Assembly: GCA_963714795.1 (NCBI GenBank)
Contig: CAVQPS010000009.1
Span: 550,709-614,708, forward strand
Source: an uncultured Ignavibacteriales bacterium
GTDB taxonomy: Bacteria; Bacteroidota; Ignavibacteria; UBA10030; SZUA-254
Length of the DNA: 64,000 bases
Reading direction: 5' to 3'
The translations under genes and the position numbers were made by a program. A model generated the notes under the pieces. It saw nothing but the letters and a program-made list of their open reading frames with translations, ran no database searches and was not told the DNA's origin. Below, one piece after another: positions 63,171-64,000 of the stretch. The stretch's first letter is position 1, and each line of letters begins with the position of its first letter.

Positions 63171-63676
63171 AGATGGAAGAGCATCGGTTGCCCGCAGGAT
63201 CAAAGATGTTCAAATATAAGCTGGACTTTTATTACCAGCAATCGTTGTTGTATCTGCTGACCCTTATATTGTATGCAGGTATCCGCGGTACATTTTCGTT
63301 CGACCAGCTTCCATCGCTGGAAGTCGATCCGATATTGTACATCATTATTTTCTTTGTATTGCTTTCGTTCGTTGTGCTCTTGTTGAACAAAGCGCGTGAC
63401 CGGAAATTGATTCTCGCTCCCGACAAAATCATTTTTCATAATAAATTTCGTGAACGGGAAATTGCTTTGAACGAAATTGAATGGTTTCATATCGGCCGCG
63501 AGCGATCCGTCCAAACGGCCGGCCGCTCGCAGGTTATCGTTTTTAAAATTAAACACCGGCGGAGATTATTCCGCATCAGAATCGGACGGTATGAACGTGA
63601 CAAGGAATTATATATAGAAATGCAGCGTCTCGGCGAACAATTGCCCAAAGGGAAACGATTCGCCTTCGATATGTAA
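63167..63676 (+). CDS. hypothetical membrane protein (bacterial PH-like soluble domain?)
   Basis: Two TM helices followed by a basic beta-rich domain of about 90 aa. It sits where murC is normally found. Confidence 0.35.
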   Translation: MKMEEHRLPAGSKMFKYKLDFYYQQSLLYLLTLILYAGIRGTFSFDQLPSLEVDPILYIIIFFVLLSFVVLLLNKARDRKLILAPDKIIFHNKFREREIALNEIEWFHIGRERSVQTAGRSQVIVFKIKHRRRLFRIRIGRYERDKELYIEMQRLGEQLPKGKRFAFDM

Positions 63677-63695
63677 TTTTGATGAAAGGATTGCG

Positions 63696-64000
63696 ATGGA
63701 AATAGTTCAGTATATCGCTTTGGGACTTTTCGGCGGAACGCTTGCCGGTTTGTTCGGCATCGGCGGAGCAATTATCATCGTTCCGGCACTTGTGTATCTT
63801 TTCGGATTCGATCAGAAAATGGCACAGGGGACGACGCTGGCGATGCTGATTCCCCCGACCGGATTGCTGGCGGCATGGCAATATTACCAAGGCGGTCATA
63901 TGAATATCAAAGTCGCCGTCATCCTTTGCATCGGCATGTTTGTCGGCGGATACTTCGGCGGATATGTGGCAAATCATGTTCCTGCCGAATCTGATGCGAA
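63696..64000 (+). CDS. TSUP (TauE/SafE, DUF81) family permease, 3'-truncated by the window edge
   Basis: 'LGLFGGTLAGLFGIGGAIIIVPAL' and a second Gly-rich TM helix. Confidence 0.65.
   Translation, partial: MEIVQYIALGLFGGTLAGLFGIGGAIIIVPALVYLFGFDQKMAQGTTLAMLIPPTGLLAAWQYYQGGHMNIKVAVILCIGMFVGGYFGGYVANHVPAESDA

Overview
This 64-kb window is a bacterial chromosomal segment made up almost entirely of housekeeping genes. One predicted secreted protein (31268..32475, minus strand) ends in a type IX secretion C-terminal sorting domain, which points to the Bacteroidota/Ignavibacteriota/Chlorobiota group; the taxonomic guess is low confidence. The window contains no tRNA or rRNA genes and no CRISPR array.

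Main contents, in order:
- A minus-strand operon: penicillin-acylase-family protein, Sir2-type deacylase, pyruvate kinase, DUF559 endonuclease.
- Three outer-membrane or secreted genes, including a Gly/Tyr-rich lipoprotein with a poly-Gly tail.
- A ChlI/MoxR-like AAA+ ATPase paired with a VWA-domain protein.
- A chain of translationally coupled genes: hisA-like, PfkB kinase, dapB, dapA, then dapD, an RmlD-like reductase and serS.
- Two ABC exporter genes.
- A scarred accessory patch at 25.2-32.5 kb: DUF4139 and DUF2911 secreted proteins, an ABC-2 transporter pair, a MOSC gene, and a secreted BNR-repeat protein with the type IX C-terminal domain.
- fbp, etfBA, a DUF151/UVR nuclease, and a minus-strand operon led by two PduA-like microcompartment shell genes.
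- asmA, ksgA, mgtA, PAP2, plsC-like, gatC, kdsB, DUF502, pyrG.
- A division/cell-wall (dcw) cluster running mraZ to murG.

Most notable observations:
1. An orphan pair of microcompartment shell genes at the head of an operon with a YbbR-like gene and pdxJ. One shell protein carries an AT-hook and a Rho-N/SAP-like C-terminal tail.
2. A small repeat family with terminal inverted repeats, present in two promoter-proximal intergenic copies.
3. A duplicated gene 3' end that brackets an inserted block of three genes.
4. At least seven apparent frameshifts, including in ftsW and etfB, mostly at short homopolymer runs. These look like assembly indel errors rather than pseudogenes.
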